From NCBI GenBank assembly GCA_026002995.1, contig BPGK01000001.1:2293988-2357987 (forward strand): DNA of 64,000 nucleotides. The letters are read 5' to 3'. The stretch comes from Gaiellaceae bacterium (lineage in GTDB: Bacteria; Actinomycetota; Thermoleophilia; Gaiellales; Gaiellaceae). Shown piece by piece: positions 26,604 to 36,968 of this stretch. The notes under the pieces were generated by a model. It saw only the letters and a program-made list of their open reading frames with translations. It made no database searches and was not told where the DNA came from. Made by a program: the position numbers and the translations under genes. Every line of letters starts with the position of its first letter. Position 1 is the stretch's first letter.

Positions 26604-27527
26604 TCACTCCCTCGGCGGAGCCGTGCCGACGACGGGGCCGAGCCGTGGGTCGAGGACGTCGCGGAGTCCGTCTCCGAGGAAGTTGAACCCGAGGACGACG
26701 ACCATGATCGCGGCGCCGGGGAAGATCGAGTACCACGGAGCGAAGTCGAGGTACGCGCGTGACGTGTTCAGCATCGACCCCCACGACGCCTCCGGCGGCT
26801 GCGTCCCGAGGCCGAGGAAGCTCAGAGCCGCCTCGGCGAGGATCGCGACCGAGAGGTACACGGTCACGAGCACGGTCAGCGGCGCGACGATGTTCGGGAG
26901 GACGTGCTTGCGCATGATCCTGCTCCCCGGCGCACCGAGCGCGCGCGCGGACTCGATGAACGGGAAGCCCATCACCTCGAGCACCGCGCCGCGCGTGACG
27001 CGGGCGAAGACCGGGATGATGATGATCCCGATCGCGATCATCGCGTTCCGCCGACTCGGCCCGAGGAGCCCGGCGATGAGTATCGCGAGCACGAGCCCGG
27101 GGAACGAGAACATGATGTCGACGACTCGCATGAGAACACCGTCGGTGACCCCCTTGTAGTAGCCGGCGACCAGCCCGAGCGCGGTGCCGAAGACGAGGGC
27201 GATCGAGACCGAGATGAGCCCGACCTGGAGCGAGACCCGCGCCCCGTGGATGATCCGCGCGAGGATGTCGCGGCCAAGCTCGTCCGTGCCCATCGGGTTC
27301 GTCCAGCTCGGCGCCAGGAGGCGCTCGTACTCCTGCGCGTCGGGGTCGATCGTCCAGACCTGGTTCCCGAACGCGGCAACGAGGATCACGAACAGCACGA
27401 TCGCCGCGCCGACGAGGCCGATCGGGTTGTACCAACGGCCGAGCCGCGCACGACCGCGCCGGCGGGCGCGCGGCGGCGCCGCGGCCGCGGCCACGGGCGG
27501 GCCCTCGGGAGCCAGTCTGCCGCTCAC
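26604..27527 (-). CDS. Peptide/nickel-type ABC transporter permease (DppC/OppC-like)
   Basis: 307 aa with six hydrophobic segments. EAA-like loop SARALGAPGSRIMRKHVLPN. GTGA overlap with the upstream permease. Confidence 0.9.
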   Translation of the reverse strand: MSGRLAPEGPPVAAAAAPPRARRRGRARLGRWYNPIGLVGAAIVLFVILVAAFGNQVWTIDPDAQEYERLLAPSWTNPMGTDELGRDILARIIHGARVSLQVGLISVSIALVFGTALGLVAGYYKGVTDGVLMRVVDIMFSFPGLVLAILIAGLLGPSRRNAMIAIGIIIIPVFARVTRGAVLEVMGFPFIESARALGAPGSRIMRKHVLPNIVAPLTVLVTVYLSVAILAEAALSFLGLGTQPPEASWGSMLNTSRAYLDFAPWYSIFPGAAIMVVVLGFNFLGDGLRDVLDPRLGPVVGTAPPRE

Positions 27528-28474
27528 GTCTGCGAGATCCTCGGGTCGAGGACGCCGTAGAGGATGTCGACGAGCAGATTGGCGACGATGAACGTCACCG
27601 CGATCAGCATGGTCGCCGCCTGGATGAGCGGGTAGTCGCGGCTGAAGATCGCCTGGAGCAGGACGTTTCCCACGCCCGGCAGGCCGAAGATGACCTCGAT
27701 GATCGCCGCCCCTCCGAGGAGGACGCCAACTTCGAAGCCGATGATCGTGACGACGGGGATGAGGGCGTTGCGAAGCGCGTGCCGGGAGACGACCTTGTTC
27801 CAGGAGACACCCTTCGCCCGCGCCGTCCGCACGTAATCCTGGCTCAGGACCTCGAGCATGGTCGCGCGGACCATCCGCATGATGATCGCGAGCGGGAAGA
27901 CGGAGAGGGCGATCGCCGGGAGGATGAACTGGGCGAGGTTCTGGATTGGGTCGTCGAGCGGCGAGACGTAGGTCAGCGGCGGCACCCAGCCGAAGACCCG
28001 TGAGGTGAAGAGGAGGAGGAGGGTCGCGAGCCAGAAGTTCGGGATGCTGACCCCGACGAGCCCGGTGACGCGCGAGGCGTAGTCGTGGGCGCTGTCGCGG
28101 CGCACGGCGGAGATCACGCCGAAGGGGATCCCGACCGCCGTAGCGATGAGGAGCGCCAGGAAGATCAACTCGAGCGTGATCGGGAGCGCCGCCTCGAGGA
28201 TGTCGCGCACGGGCTCGGCGTTGCGGAGCGACATCCCGAGATCGCCCCGCAGAGCACCCGTGGCCCAGCGCCAGTACTGCTCCGGGTACGAGCCGACGAG
28301 GCCGAGCTGCTCGCGTGCCGCCTGGCGCTGCTCCTCGGTCGTCGTGATGTCGCCCCCGATGAGGACGTCGAGCACGTCGCCGGGCAGGAGCCTAACCATG
28401 AGGAAGATGAGGATCGAGATGACGATCAGCGTCGGGATCGTGTAGAGGACGCGCCGCAGGATGTACGCGTACAT
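27524..28474 (-). CDS. Peptide/nickel-type ABC transporter permease (DppB/OppB-like)
   Basis: 316 aa. MYAYILRRVLYTIPTLIVISILIF... and YVRTARAKGVSWNKVVSRHALRNAL. Confidence 0.9.
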   Translation of the reverse strand: MYAYILRRVLYTIPTLIVISILIFLMVRLLPGDVLDVLIGGDITTTEEQRQAAREQLGLVGSYPEQYWRWATGALRGDLGMSLRNAEPVRDILEAALPITLELIFLALLIATAVGIPFGVISAVRRDSAHDYASRVTGLVGVSIPNFWLATLLLLFTSRVFGWVPPLTYVSPLDDPIQNLAQFILPAIALSVFPLAIIMRMVRATMLEVLSQDYVRTARAKGVSWNKVVSRHALRNALIPVVTIIGFEVGVLLGGAAIIEVIFGLPGVGNVLLQAIFSRDYPLIQAATMLIAVTFIVANLLVDILYGVLDPRISQT

Positions 28475-28496
28475 CGCCTACCCCCTGCCGTGCATG

Positions 28497-28526
28497 GGTG
28501 GGGCGCCGTTTGTGCGGCGCCCCACC
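28497..28526 (-). other. Perfect 12-bp GC stem-loop between the binding-protein and permease cistrons
   Basis: GGTGGGGCGCCG-tttgtg-CGGCGCCCCACC. It lies 25 nt downstream of the binding-protein stop (28551) and 23 nt upstream of the permease start (28474). There is no U-tract on the transcribed (minus) strand. Confidence 0.6.
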
Positions 28527-28550
28527 AGTCGTTTTGCCCAGACCACTGCC

Positions 28551-30191
28551 CTACTTGATGTAGACGTAGCGGATCCCGGTGTTGAAGTCGCTGAAGGCGA
28601 CGTACATGTTGTTGACGCGCCGGCGCACGACCTGGAACTTCTTCACGACACAGATCGGCACCTGGATGAGCTCGTCGAGGAGGATGCGCTGCGCCTCCTT
28701 GTACATCGGGAGCCGCTTCTCGAGGTCGAGCGTGATCCGGCCGTTGCCGATGAGCCGCCAGAGCTTCACCGGCGGCCGCCACTCCGGATACCAGACCCGG
28801 TAGATCGACGCGCTCGGGTTGAACTCGGCCAAGTAGCCGTCGACGTCACCGCGCATGCCGCGGGCCGTCAGGTCCCACTCGAAGTTCCCGCGGCCGTTGT
28901 TCGCCGCGAACGTCCCCGGCTCCTGGGCCTCGATCTTGACCTCGATCCCGATGCGCGCGAGCTGCGACTTGATCACCGCCGCGACCTGCTGGAAGTCGAG
29001 CGGCGTCGAGAAGGTGGACATCGTGACCTCGAACCCGTTCGCGTAGCCCGCCTGGCGCATGAGCTGCCGCGCCTTCGCGAGGTCGTACTTCAGCCACTTC
29101 TCCCGGAGCTCCTTGACCGGGAGCGGCCACGGCCCGTACCCGGGCGGGACGTGCCCCGAGAACTCGCCGTTCCCGCTGTACACGCGGTTGATGATCTCCT
29201 GCCGGTTGATCGCGTGGTTCACGGCCTGGCGAACCCGCTTGTCGTGCCAGGGCTTGCGATCGCCCGGCTTGTACGTCATCTGCAGCTCGCGGAAGGCAGC
29301 CGTGAAGTTGCTGAGGACCTTGAAGTTCGCGTTCCCCTGGAACTGCCTCGCGCTGTCCGGCGAGAGCGTCGCCCCATCGATCGCGCCGGCGCGCAGCGCG
29401 GCGATCCGCGCCTGCTCGTCGGTCAGGATCTTGAAGTTGACCGCGTTCAGGTACGGCTGCGGCTGTCGCCAGAAGCGGGGCCAGCGGACGAACTCGAGCC
29501 GGTCGTTCGGCTGGTAGGTGACGAGCCGGAACGGCCCCGTGCCGATGCCCTCGCGCCCGGGATTGACCTGCTGGTACATGCCCTCGGGCACCATGGGCGA
29601 GTAGCGGCCCCAGGCGAGGTACCCGAACAGGCGCGCGTCCGGGGCCTTGAGCAGGATCCGCAGGCGGTACTTGTCGATGACCTCGGTCCGGTCGATAGCC
29701 GGGAACTGCCCGAGGACAGCCGTCGAGCCGGGAGGCGGCGGATTCGCCTGCAGGTCGAAGGAGTACTTGCAGTCGGCCGCGGTCAGCTCCTTGCCGTTGT
29801 GGAAGCGAACGCCGCGCTTGAGCGTGAAGACGACGGTCCGTGGATCCACGACCTCCCACTTCTCGGCGAGCGCGACCCGGATGTTCAGCTTCGGATCCCA
29901 CTCGAGAAGCGAGTCGTACATGAGCTCCTTGCCCCAGTGGTTGGCGGTCAGGATCCCGCCGAAGGGCGCGATGTGCGCCGGATCCTGCTCCAGCGCCCAG
30001 TTGAGCGTCCCGCCGCGCGGAGGCCTGGCAGCCGTGCGGTCGACCGCGGCCTTCGCCGCCCTCGCCGTCACGCCGCCGAGCGCGCCCGCGGCGAGCGCGC
30101 CCGCGCCGACCTGGCCCGCGCGCGTCAGGAGCTCTCGCCTGGTGAGATCGCCCTTGCCGCTCTCTGGTACGACCTTGTCGTTGTCCGACAC
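28551..30191 (-). CDS. ABC transporter substrate-binding protein, family 5 (peptide/nickel), Tat signal
   Basis: GTG at 30191 is preceded by AAGGAGGAGG. The twin-arginine signal reads DLTRRELLTRAGQVGAGALAAG. The SBP_bac_5 body includes GTLNWALEQDP..., GTGPFRLV and YVAFSDFN. Confidence 0.9.
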   Translation of the reverse strand: MSDNDKVVPESGKGDLTRRELLTRAGQVGAGALAAGALGGVTARAAKAAVDRTAARPPRGGTLNWALEQDPAHIAPFGGILTANHWGKELMYDSLLEWDPKLNIRVALAEKWEVVDPRTVVFTLKRGVRFHNGKELTAADCKYSFDLQANPPPPGSTAVLGQFPAIDRTEVIDKYRLRILLKAPDARLFGYLAWGRYSPMVPEGMYQQVNPGREGIGTGPFRLVTYQPNDRLEFVRWPRFWRQPQPYLNAVNFKILTDEQARIAALRAGAIDGATLSPDSARQFQGNANFKVLSNFTAAFRELQMTYKPGDRKPWHDKRVRQAVNHAINRQEIINRVYSGNGEFSGHVPPGYGPWPLPVKELREKWLKYDLAKARQLMRQAGYANGFEVTMSTFSTPLDFQQVAAVIKSQLARIGIEVKIEAQEPGTFAANNGRGNFEWDLTARGMRGDVDGYLAEFNPSASIYRVWYPEWRPPVKLWRLIGNGRITLDLEKRLPMYKEAQRILLDELIQVPICVVKKFQVVRRRVNNMYVAFSDFNTGIRYVYIK

Positions 30192-30217
30192 GTTGCCTCC
30201 TCCTTTCCAGACGGTCG

Positions 30218-31375
30218 TCAGAGGATCTGACCGACCCGCGGTGCCTGTCCTTCGATGTCGTCGTAGAAGACGGCTTCGCGCACGGGAAGTTGCGCGAGTC
30301 GCTCGAGTGCGGCGGCGTCGACCGCCACGCCGAGCCCGGGCCCTGCAGGGACGTCGACGATCCCCGTGGCCATGTCGAGTCGCTCGACGAGGACGTCGTC
30401 GAGCTGCAGCGGGTAGTGGGTGTCGATGGCGAACGGAAACGCCTCGGACGAGGCGGCGAGGTGCAGGTTCGCCGCGGTCGCCACGCCCAGCTCCGCCCAG
30501 CTCCCGACCGCGCACCACTTCCCCGCGGCCTCGGCGACGGCCGCGATGTGCCGCGCCTTCGTGAGCCCACCCGCCTCCGACGGATAGACGACGAGGACGT
30601 CGCACGCGTCCGCGCGGATCAGATCGAGCGCCGAGCGGACGTCGCAGCACGCCTCGTCGGCGGCGATGGGCACGGAGACGGACCGCCGAACCTGCGCGAG
30701 CCCCTCGACGTCGAAGTCCGGCACCGGCTGTTCGACGTACTGGAGCTCGAACTTCTCGAGGCCGCGGATCCAGCGCACCGCCGTCGGCACGCTCCACATC
30801 ATGTTGGCGTCGATGCGGATCGGGACGTCGACCCCGACCGCATCGCGGATGGCTGCCAAGGTGTCGTGATCCTGGCCGTAGTCGCGGCCGACCTTGAGCT
30901 TGAGCTCGGTGAACCCCGCCTCGACGAACGCGGCCGCCCGCTCGGCGTTCGCCTCCGGCTCGTCGATGAAGAGGTAGCCGACGGCGGGCACCGTGTCCCG
31001 GCAGCGGCCGCCGAGCAGGTTCGCGACATCCGTTCCGAGCGCCTTGGCCTTGAGATCGAAGAGCGCGATCTCGATCCCGCTGATCGCGTATGCGGCGATC
31101 CGGCTCCAGTTGCGAGAGAACTCCTCCATGCGATGGACGAGTCGCTCGACGCGGAGCGGATCCTGGCCGAGGAGGAACTGCGCGAGCTCCCGATCGACGA
31201 TGGTGCGGATCGTCGGCAGGGTCGGCCCGGGGCACTCTCCGATCCCCACGATCCCCTCGTCGGTCTCGATCGCGACCACGATGCCCGAGGCCGACTGCCT
31301 CGTGCCACCTGCCCACACGAGGGGATGCGCAACGGGGACGCGGCACGTCGTCGTGTCGACCTTGGTGATCCGCAC
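30218..31375 (-). CDS. Enolase-superfamily enzyme (MR/MLE family; KxK-type, subgroup unclear)
   Basis: A GTG start at 31375 (VRITKVDTTTCRVPV...) is preferred over the TTG at 31414, which would overlap the operator boxes. ELKLKVG (KxK), IDANMMW, VEQPV, AADEAC. Confidence 0.85.
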   Translation of the reverse strand: MRITKVDTTTCRVPVAHPLVWAGGTRQSASGIVVAIETDEGIVGIGECPGPTLPTIRTIVDRELAQFLLGQDPLRVERLVHRMEEFSRNWSRIAAYAISGIEIALFDLKAKALGTDVANLLGGRCRDTVPAVGYLFIDEPEANAERAAAFVEAGFTELKLKVGRDYGQDHDTLAAIRDAVGVDVPIRIDANMMWSVPTAVRWIRGLEKFELQYVEQPVPDFDVEGLAQVRRSVSVPIAADEACCDVRSALDLIRADACDVLVVYPSEAGGLTKARHIAAVAEAAGKWCAVGSWAELGVATAANLHLAASSEAFPFAIDTHYPLQLDDVLVERLDMATGIVDVPAGPGLGVAVDAAALERLAQLPVREAVFYDDIEGQAPRVGQIL

Positions 31376-31406
31376 CGGTGTGGCTACACTACGGCCATCC
31401 GGTGAA

Positions 31407-31436
31407 ATTGTCAACTATCTTCCGATTGTCAACAAT
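31407..31436. promoter_or_regulatory. Two 12-bp boxes (ATTGTCAACTAT, ATTGTCAACAAT) 18 bp apart; candidate autoregulatory GntR operator
   Basis: The boxes are at 31407-31418 and 31425-31436, 10 nt upstream of the GntR ATG. GATTGTCAACAATA matches the reverse complement of 19159-19172 at 13 of 14 positions. Confidence 0.5.
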
Positions 31437-31445
31437 ACGCTCCTG

Positions 31446-32159
31446 ATGGCAGCGCCACGACGCAGAGCCGCGAGCGCCGGCGCAGGGGCACGCGAGCGCC
31501 CGAGCACGAGCCTCCCACGCCGACAGCAGGTGCTGGAGCACCTGCGCAGCGAGATCATGACCGGGCGCTACGAGCCCGGGGAGCGCCTGATCGAGGCGGC
31601 GATCTCCGAGGAGCTCGCGACGAGCCGCGGCCCCGTGCGGGAGGCGCTCCGCCAGCTCGAGCACGAAGGGCTCGTCGTCTCCATCCCCTACCGCGGTGCC
31701 GTCGTGCTCGAGGTCTCGGACGAGGAGGTGCAGGAGGTCCTCATCCCGATCCGCCTCACGCTCGAGAGCTTCAGCTTCCAGAAGGCGCTCGAGCTCATGA
31801 GCGACGACGACTTCGCCGAGCTCGGCAAGCAGCTCTGGATCATGGAGGAGGGCGCACGACGCTCCGATCTGCAGCAGGTGGTCGAGGCGGATCTCCGCTT
31901 CCACGAGCTCGTCATCGCCGCCTCGAGGCGGCCGCACACGATGCAGGTGTGGCGGAGCATCTGGCCGCGCATCCGCAACTACTTCGTCCGGTACGGACGC
32001 TTCCGCGAGCTGGACTCGATCGTCACCGAGCACCGGGAGCTGCTCGAGGCGATGCGCAGCGGCGACCGGAAGTGGATGCTCGAGGTGCTCGAGCGCCATA
32101 TCGACGTGCCCGTTCCCGGCGCTCCCGAGCGCGCCGGCACCGCGGAGTCGAAGGCGTAG
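31446..32159 (+). CDS. GntR-family transcriptional regulator (FadR subfamily, FCD domain)
   Basis: ATG at 31446. 237 aa with w[36 protein letters not shown] followed by an all-helical FCD-like C-terminus. Confidence 0.9.
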   Translation: MAAPRRRAASAGAGARERPSTSLPRRQQVLEHLRSEIMTGRYEPGERLIEAAISEELATSRGPVREALRQLEHEGLVVSIPYRGAVVLEVSDEEVQEVLIPIRLTLESFSFQKALELMSDDDFAELGKQLWIMEEGARRSDLQQVVEADLRFHELVIAASRRPHTMQVWRSIWPRIRNYFVRYGRFRELDSIVTEHRELLEAMRSGDRKWMLEVLERHIDVPVPGAPERAGTAESKA

Positions 32160-33173
32160 ATGGCCGACAACACTCCGCTCCTTCGCGTCACAGGGCTCCG
32201 CACGTACTTCTACACCCTCGACGGCGTCCTGCGGGCGGTCGACGGCGTCGACCTGACGATCGGGCACGGCGCCGCCGTCGGCCTCGTCGGGGAGTCTGGC
32301 AGCGGCAAGTCGGTGACCGCCCTCTCCCTGCTCCGGCTGGTCGATTCGCCGGGGCGGATCGAGCCGGGGAGCGTGATCGAGCTCGAGGGCCGCGACCTCT
32401 CCGCCCTGACGGAAGCCGAGCTGGAGCAGGTTCGCGGCAAGGAGATCTCGATGATCTTCCAGGAGCCGATGACGTCACTGAACCCCGTGTTCACGGTCGG
32501 CGACCAGATCGCCGAGGCGGTGCGCCTGCACGAGGGGCTCGGCGCGAAGGACGCGTGGGCGAAGGCCGTCGAGATGCTGCGTCTCGTCGGGATCCCTTCG
32601 GCCGAGCGGCGCGTGCACGACTACCCGCATCAGATGTCGGGCGGCATGCGGCAGCGGGTGATGATCGCGATGGCGCTCTCCTGCAACCCGAAGCTCCTGA
32701 TCGCCGACGAGCCGACGACGGCGCTCGACGTCACCGTCCAGGCGCAGATCCTCGAGCTCATGAAGGAGCTCCGCGAGCGGCTCGGGATGTCGATCCTCCT
32801 CATCACCCACGACCTCGGCGTGATCGCCGAGATGGTCGACGAGGTCGCGGTGATGTACGCGGGGCGGATCGTCGAGCGCGGGCCGGTGGCGGACGTCTTC
32901 GCGAACCCTCAGCACCCGTACACGGAGGCGCTCCTGCGCTCGATCCCGGTCGTCGGCATGACCTACGCGCAGCCCCTGCGAGCGATCCGGGGCATGGTTC
33001 CGAGCCCGCTCGAGTGGCCGCCCGGGTGCCGGTTCGCCCCCCGTTGCGACTACGCGTTCGCGAAGTGCGCGACCGAGGATCCGCACCTGCTGCCCGCAGG
33101 CGACCAGGAGTCGGCCTGCTGGCTCAGCGAGCAGGGGTGGCGCCCGACCGCGACCATCGAGGTCGCGACGTGA
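32160..33173 (+). CDS. Peptide-type ABC transporter ATP-binding protein (DppD/OppD-like)
   Basis: Walker A GESGSGKS, signature MSGGMRQR, Walker [13 protein letters not shown], and a C-terminal oligopeptide-transporter extension. Confidence 0.92.
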   Translation: MADNTPLLRVTGLRTYFYTLDGVLRAVDGVDLTIGHGAAVGLVGESGSGKSVTALSLLRLVDSPGRIEPGSVIELEGRDLSALTEAELEQVRGKEISMIFQEPMTSLNPVFTVGDQIAEAVRLHEGLGAKDAWAKAVEMLRLVGIPSAERRVHDYPHQMSGGMRQRVMIAMALSCNPKLLIADEPTTALDVTVQAQILELMKELRERLGMSILLITHDLGVIAEMVDEVAVMYAGRIVERGPVADVFANPQHPYTEALLRSIPVVGMTYAQPLRAIRGMVPSPLEWPPGCRFAPRCDYAFAKCATEDPHLLPAGDQESACWLSEQGWRPTATIEVAT

Positions 33174-34174
33174 CCGACGACGGCGTCCTCCTCCGCACCG
33201 TCGGGCTGAAGAAGCACTTCCCGGTGCGAAAAGGGGTCTTCGGTCGGGTCTCCGGGCACTTGCAGGCGGTCGACGGCGTCGACCTCGAGATCGCCCAAGG
33301 GGAGACGCTCGGCCTCGTCGGCGAGTCGGGCTGCGGGAAGTCGACGCTCGGACGGGTCGTGCTCCGGCTGCTCGAGCCGACCGCAGGCGAGGTCTGGTTC
33401 GACGGCACCGAGCTGACGCGGCTCTCGGCCCGCCAGCTCAAGCCCTACCGGCGCGACATGCAGATCGTCTTCCAGGACTCGGTGGGCTCGCTCGACCCTC
33501 GCATGCGCGTCCGCGAGATCGTCGCCGAGGGGCTCGAGATCCACGGGGTGGCCTCGAAGGACGAGCGAGAGGCGCGCGTCCTCGACACGCTCGAGCGGGT
33601 CGGGCTGAGCCGCGACGTCGCCGGCCGCTACCCGCACCAGTTCAGCGGCGGCCAGCGACAGCGCATCGGCCTCGCGCGAGCCCTCGCCCTGCAGCCGCGC
33701 TTCGTCGTCGCCGACGAGCCCGTCTCCGCGCTCGACGTCTCCATCCAGTCGCAGGTACTCAACCTGCTCGTCGAGCTCAAGCGGGAGTTCGACCTCACGT
33801 ACCTCTTCGTCGCCCACGACCTCGCCGTCGTCGGCTACATCTCCGATCGCATCGCGGTCATGTACCTCGGGAAGGTCGTAGAGCTCGCGCCCGCGCAAGA
33901 GCTGTTCGCGCGACCGCTGCACCCGTACACGATGGCCCTCCTCTCGGCGAACCCGGAACCGATCCCCGGCCGCAAGCGCCAGCGGATCGTCCTCACGGGC
34001 GACGTGCCGAGCCCGATCGACCCGCCCTCGGGCTGCCGCTTCCGCACCCGCTGCCCGATCGCGCAGCCGATCTGCGCCGAGCAGGAGCCGCCGCTCGCCG
34101 ACCACGGCCAGGGCCACCGCGCGGCCTGCCACTTCCCCGGCACGGAGATCGCGGTCACCTCATCGGCAGCATGA
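33170..34174 (+). CDS. Peptide-type ABC transporter ATP-binding protein (DppF/OppF-like)
   Basis: GTG at 33170 (GTGA overlap). [29 protein letters not shown], and the C-terminal CRFRTRCP motif. Confidence 0.92.
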   Translation: MTDDGVLLRTVGLKKHFPVRKGVFGRVSGHLQAVDGVDLEIAQGETLGLVGESGCGKSTLGRVVLRLLEPTAGEVWFDGTELTRLSARQLKPYRRDMQIVFQDSVGSLDPRMRVREIVAEGLEIHGVASKDEREARVLDTLERVGLSRDVAGRYPHQFSGGQRQRIGLARALALQPRFVVADEPVSALDVSIQSQVLNLLVELKREFDLTYLFVAHDLAVVGYISDRIAVMYLGKVVELAPAQELFARPLHPYTMALLSANPEPIPGRKRQRIVLTGDVPSPIDPPSGCRFRTRCPIAQPICAEQEPPLADHGQGHRAACHFPGTEIAVTSSAA

Positions 34175-35871
34175 CCTCGTCGGGCGCGGCTTACGACGTC
34201 CGCCTGCTCCACGACCAGCGCGCGACGCTCCGGGACGGTCTCTCGCTCTCCGCCGACGTCTACCTCCCCCTCGCGCGGGGCCCGTTCCCGACGATCGTGC
34301 AGTGGACGCCGTACGAGTCGACCCGCGACCGGTTCATCGCCTGGGGGGTGTTCTACGCCGAGCGCGGCTACGCGGCGGTCGTGCTCGACGTCCGCGGCCG
34401 CTACGAGTCCGACGGCGAGTTCACGGCCTACAGGCGCGACGGCGAGGATGCGTTCGACAGCCTCGACTGGGTCGCGAGCCGGGAGTGGTGCAACGGCCGG
34501 ATCGGCACGTGGGGGCGGAGCTACGGGGCGATCGTCCAGTGGCAGCTCGCGCCGCACCGGCACCCGGCGGTGGCATGCATGGCGCCGCACGTGATCATGG
34601 ACGACTACTTCGCCGACTGCCACTACGTCGGCGGAGCGTTCCAGCTCGCGCTGTCCCTCGGCGCCGCGCTCATCTGGTCGACCTCCATCGGTGTCGTGAC
34701 CGGAGAGAACGCCGGCCGACTCATGCTGAACGACCGCGTGCTCCGGCACCTGCCGCTGCTCGAGCTCGACGAGCAGGCGATCGGCCGCCGCGTCGCGTGC
34801 TGGCGGGAGTGGCTCGCCCATTCGGTGGACGACGGGTTCTGGCGCTCGCTCCGCCATCGGCCCGAGGACGTGACCGTGCCTGTGTTCCAGCAGTGCGGCT
34901 GGTACGACGCGTACCCGGGCGCGACCATGCGCACGTTCCAGGCGCTCGCGGGCCGGGTGCCGCAGAAGGTGCTGATGGGCCCGTGGTCGCACGAGGAGGA
35001 GTTCACGCGGGTGATCGGAGGCCACGACTTCGGGCCCGAGGCGTCACGCGTCATCCGCGAGGACGACCTGCGCTGGTACGACCAGTGGCTGAAAGAGCTC
35101 GACACGGGCATCCTCGACGAGCCACCGCTCAGCCTCTTCGTGATGGGCGCGAACCGCTGGCGCCACGAGTCGGAGTGGCCGCTCCCCGGAACGGAGCTCA
35201 CGCCTTGGTACCTGCACAGCGGGGGCCGGGCGAACTCGCTTGCGGGCGACGGCGTCCTCTCGCCCGAGCCGCCCGGAGCCGGCGAGCCAGCCGACACCTA
35301 CGACTACGACCCGGCCCGACCGGTGCCGACGATCGGTGGCAACAACTCGATCCTGACCATGATGCAGAACGCGGTCGAGCCCATCGTCCCGGGCCCGGCT
35401 GACCAGCGGCCGCTCGAGCGACGCGACGACGTCCTCTGCTACACGAGCGCCCCACTCGAGCGCGACCTGGAAGTGACCGGACCGGTCGAGGCGGTCCTGT
35501 ACGCCGCCTCGAGCGCACGCGACACCGACTTCACCGTGCGGCTCTCCGACGTCCAGCCCGACGGCCGCTCGCTCGTCCTCTGCGAAGGGATCGTGCGCGC
35601 CCGGCACCGCACCGGCCTCGACCGGGTCGAGCTGCTCGAGCCCGGCGAGGTCGCCGAGTACCGGATCCGCATGTACCCGACGAGCAACCTCTTCCGCCGC
35701 GGCCACCGCCTGCGCGTCGACGTGTCGAGCTCGAGCTTCCCCCGCTTCAGCCGCAACCTCAACACCGGCGAGGACATCGCAACCGGGACGCGCATGGAGA
35801 TCGCTCGCCAGACGGTGCTGCACACGGACGCCTACCCGTCCCACGTGCTCCTCCCGATCGTCCCCTCGTGA
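34171..35871 (+). CDS. CocE/NonD-family hydrolase (S15 X-Pro dipeptidyl-peptidase fold)
   Basis: 566 aa. [17 protein letters not shown], nucleophile elbow GTWGRSYGA, and a C-terminal beta-sandwich ([24 protein letters not shown]). Confidence 0.88.
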   Translation: MTSSGAAYDVRLLHDQRATLRDGLSLSADVYLPLARGPFPTIVQWTPYESTRDRFIAWGVFYAERGYAAVVLDVRGRYESDGEFTAYRRDGEDAFDSLDWVASREWCNGRIGTWGRSYGAIVQWQLAPHRHPAVACMAPHVIMDDYFADCHYVGGAFQLALSLGAALIWSTSIGVVTGENAGRLMLNDRVLRHLPLLELDEQAIGRRVACWREWLAHSVDDGFWRSLRHRPEDVTVPVFQQCGWYDAYPGATMRTFQALAGRVPQKVLMGPWSHEEEFTRVIGGHDFGPEASRVIREDDLRWYDQWLKELDTGILDEPPLSLFVMGANRWRHESEWPLPGTELTPWYLHSGGRANSLAGDGVLSPEPPGAGEPADTYDYDPARPVPTIGGNNSILTMMQNAVEPIVPGPADQRPLERRDDVLCYTSAPLERDLEVTGPVEAVLYAASSARDTDFTVRLSDVQPDGRSLVLCEGIVRARHRTGLDRVELLEPGEVAEYRIRMYPTSNLFRRGHRLRVDVSSSSFPRFSRNLNTGEDIATGTRMEIARQTVLHTDAYPSHVLLPIVPS

Positions 35872-36968
35872 AGCGGTTCCCGACTCACGCCGCCGAGGAG
35901 CGCCTGCGCTCGCTCGGTATCGAGCCTGTGCCGTTGCACGGGACGCCGGCCCCGGCCCTTCCGCCGCACGTCGTCGACGCCGTCGCCACGGCGCTCGGCC
36001 GCCCGGCGGCAGCGCCGCCGCCGCGCGGGCAGGCGGCGCTGCGCGAGGCCTTGGCCGCCGAGCTCGCTCGCACCACGGGCCGCGCGACCGACCCCGAGCG
36101 GGAGATCCTCGTCACGCACGGCGCCATGCAGGCGCTCGGGGTCGTCTTCCGGTCGCTGCTCGAGCCCGGCGACGAGGTGGTCGTCCAGACGCCGTGCTTC
36201 TTCTTCGAGGCACCGATCCGGGCGGCCGGCGGCAGTCCGACCTTCGTCTTCGCACGGAAGGGCGGCTGGACGTGGGACGCGGACGCGATCGAGCGCGCCC
36301 TCGGGCCGCGAACGCGCGCACTCGTGCTCTGCAACCCGGAGAACCCGACGGGCCACCTTCTGTCGCGCGAGGAGATCGCCGCGGTCGTCAACGTCGCCGA
36401 CCGACACGGTCTCCTCGTCGTCACCGACGAGGCCTACGAGGCGGCGATCTGGGGCGATGGCGTCCTGAGCTCCGCGTACCCGGCCTCGGAGCGCGCGCTC
36501 GTGGTGAGGAGCCTCGGCAAGAGCCTCGCCATGCCGCACCTGCGGCTCGGCCTCGTCGCCGGCTCCGCCGACCTCGTGGAGCGCTGTGCGGTCTCCTTCG
36601 AGTGGGACTGCCTGCGGGTCGGCGTCGCCTCGCAGGCGGCCGCGCTCGCGGCGCTGACCGGGCCGCGGGAGTGGCTCGCGCAGGTGCGCGAGCGCCTGGC
36701 TCGCGATCGCGCCGTCGCACTCGAGCTCGTCGCGAGGACTCCCGGGCTCGAGGTCGTCGCGCCGGCGGGCGGGCCGTTCCTCTTTCTGACTGCGCTCGAC
36801 CGACGCCCAACGCTCGCAGACGAGCTCGTCCGTGTCGGGCTTCCGGCCGTCGACGGAGCGGAGTTCCGCGCGCCCGGCTACGCGCGCCTCCCCTTCGGAG
36901 GCGCCCACGAGGCCAGGGACGCCCTCGAGCGTGCGCTCGCGGCGTGGGCGGAGGCCCACGTCGAGTGA
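35868..36968 (+). CDS. Class I/II PLP-dependent aminotransferase
   Basis: 366 aa with NPENPTG, TDEAYE and SLGKSLAMPHLRLG (PLP Lys). GTGA overlaps on both sides. Confidence 0.85.
   Translation: MKRFPTHAAEERLRSLGIEPVPLHGTPAPALPPHVVDAVATALGRPAAAPPPRGQAALREALAAELARTTGRATDPEREILVTHGAMQALGVVFRSLLEPGDEVVVQTPCFFFEAPIRAAGGSPTFVFARKGGWTWDADAIERALGPRTRALVLCNPENPTGHLLSREEIAAVVNVADRHGLLVVTDEAYEAAIWGDGVLSSAYPASERALVVRSLGKSLAMPHLRLGLVAGSADLVERCAVSFEWDCLRVGVASQAAALAALTGPREWLAQVRERLARDRAVALELVARTPGLEVVAPAGGPFLFLTALDRRPTLADELVRVGLPAVDGAEFRAPGYARLPFGGAHEARDALERALAAWAEAHVE

Noticed and set aside
24272-26686. An 804-aa plus-strand ORF. Similar long antisense ORFs include 3222..5096, 16882..18849, 28461..30230, 41747..43627, 43570..45825, 45810..47408, 49664..51841 and 51463..53859.
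   Set aside because: Each lies opposite a gene with clear family motifs and has R/A/G/P/D/E-rich, motif-free translations. These are GC-driven shadow ORFs, not genes.
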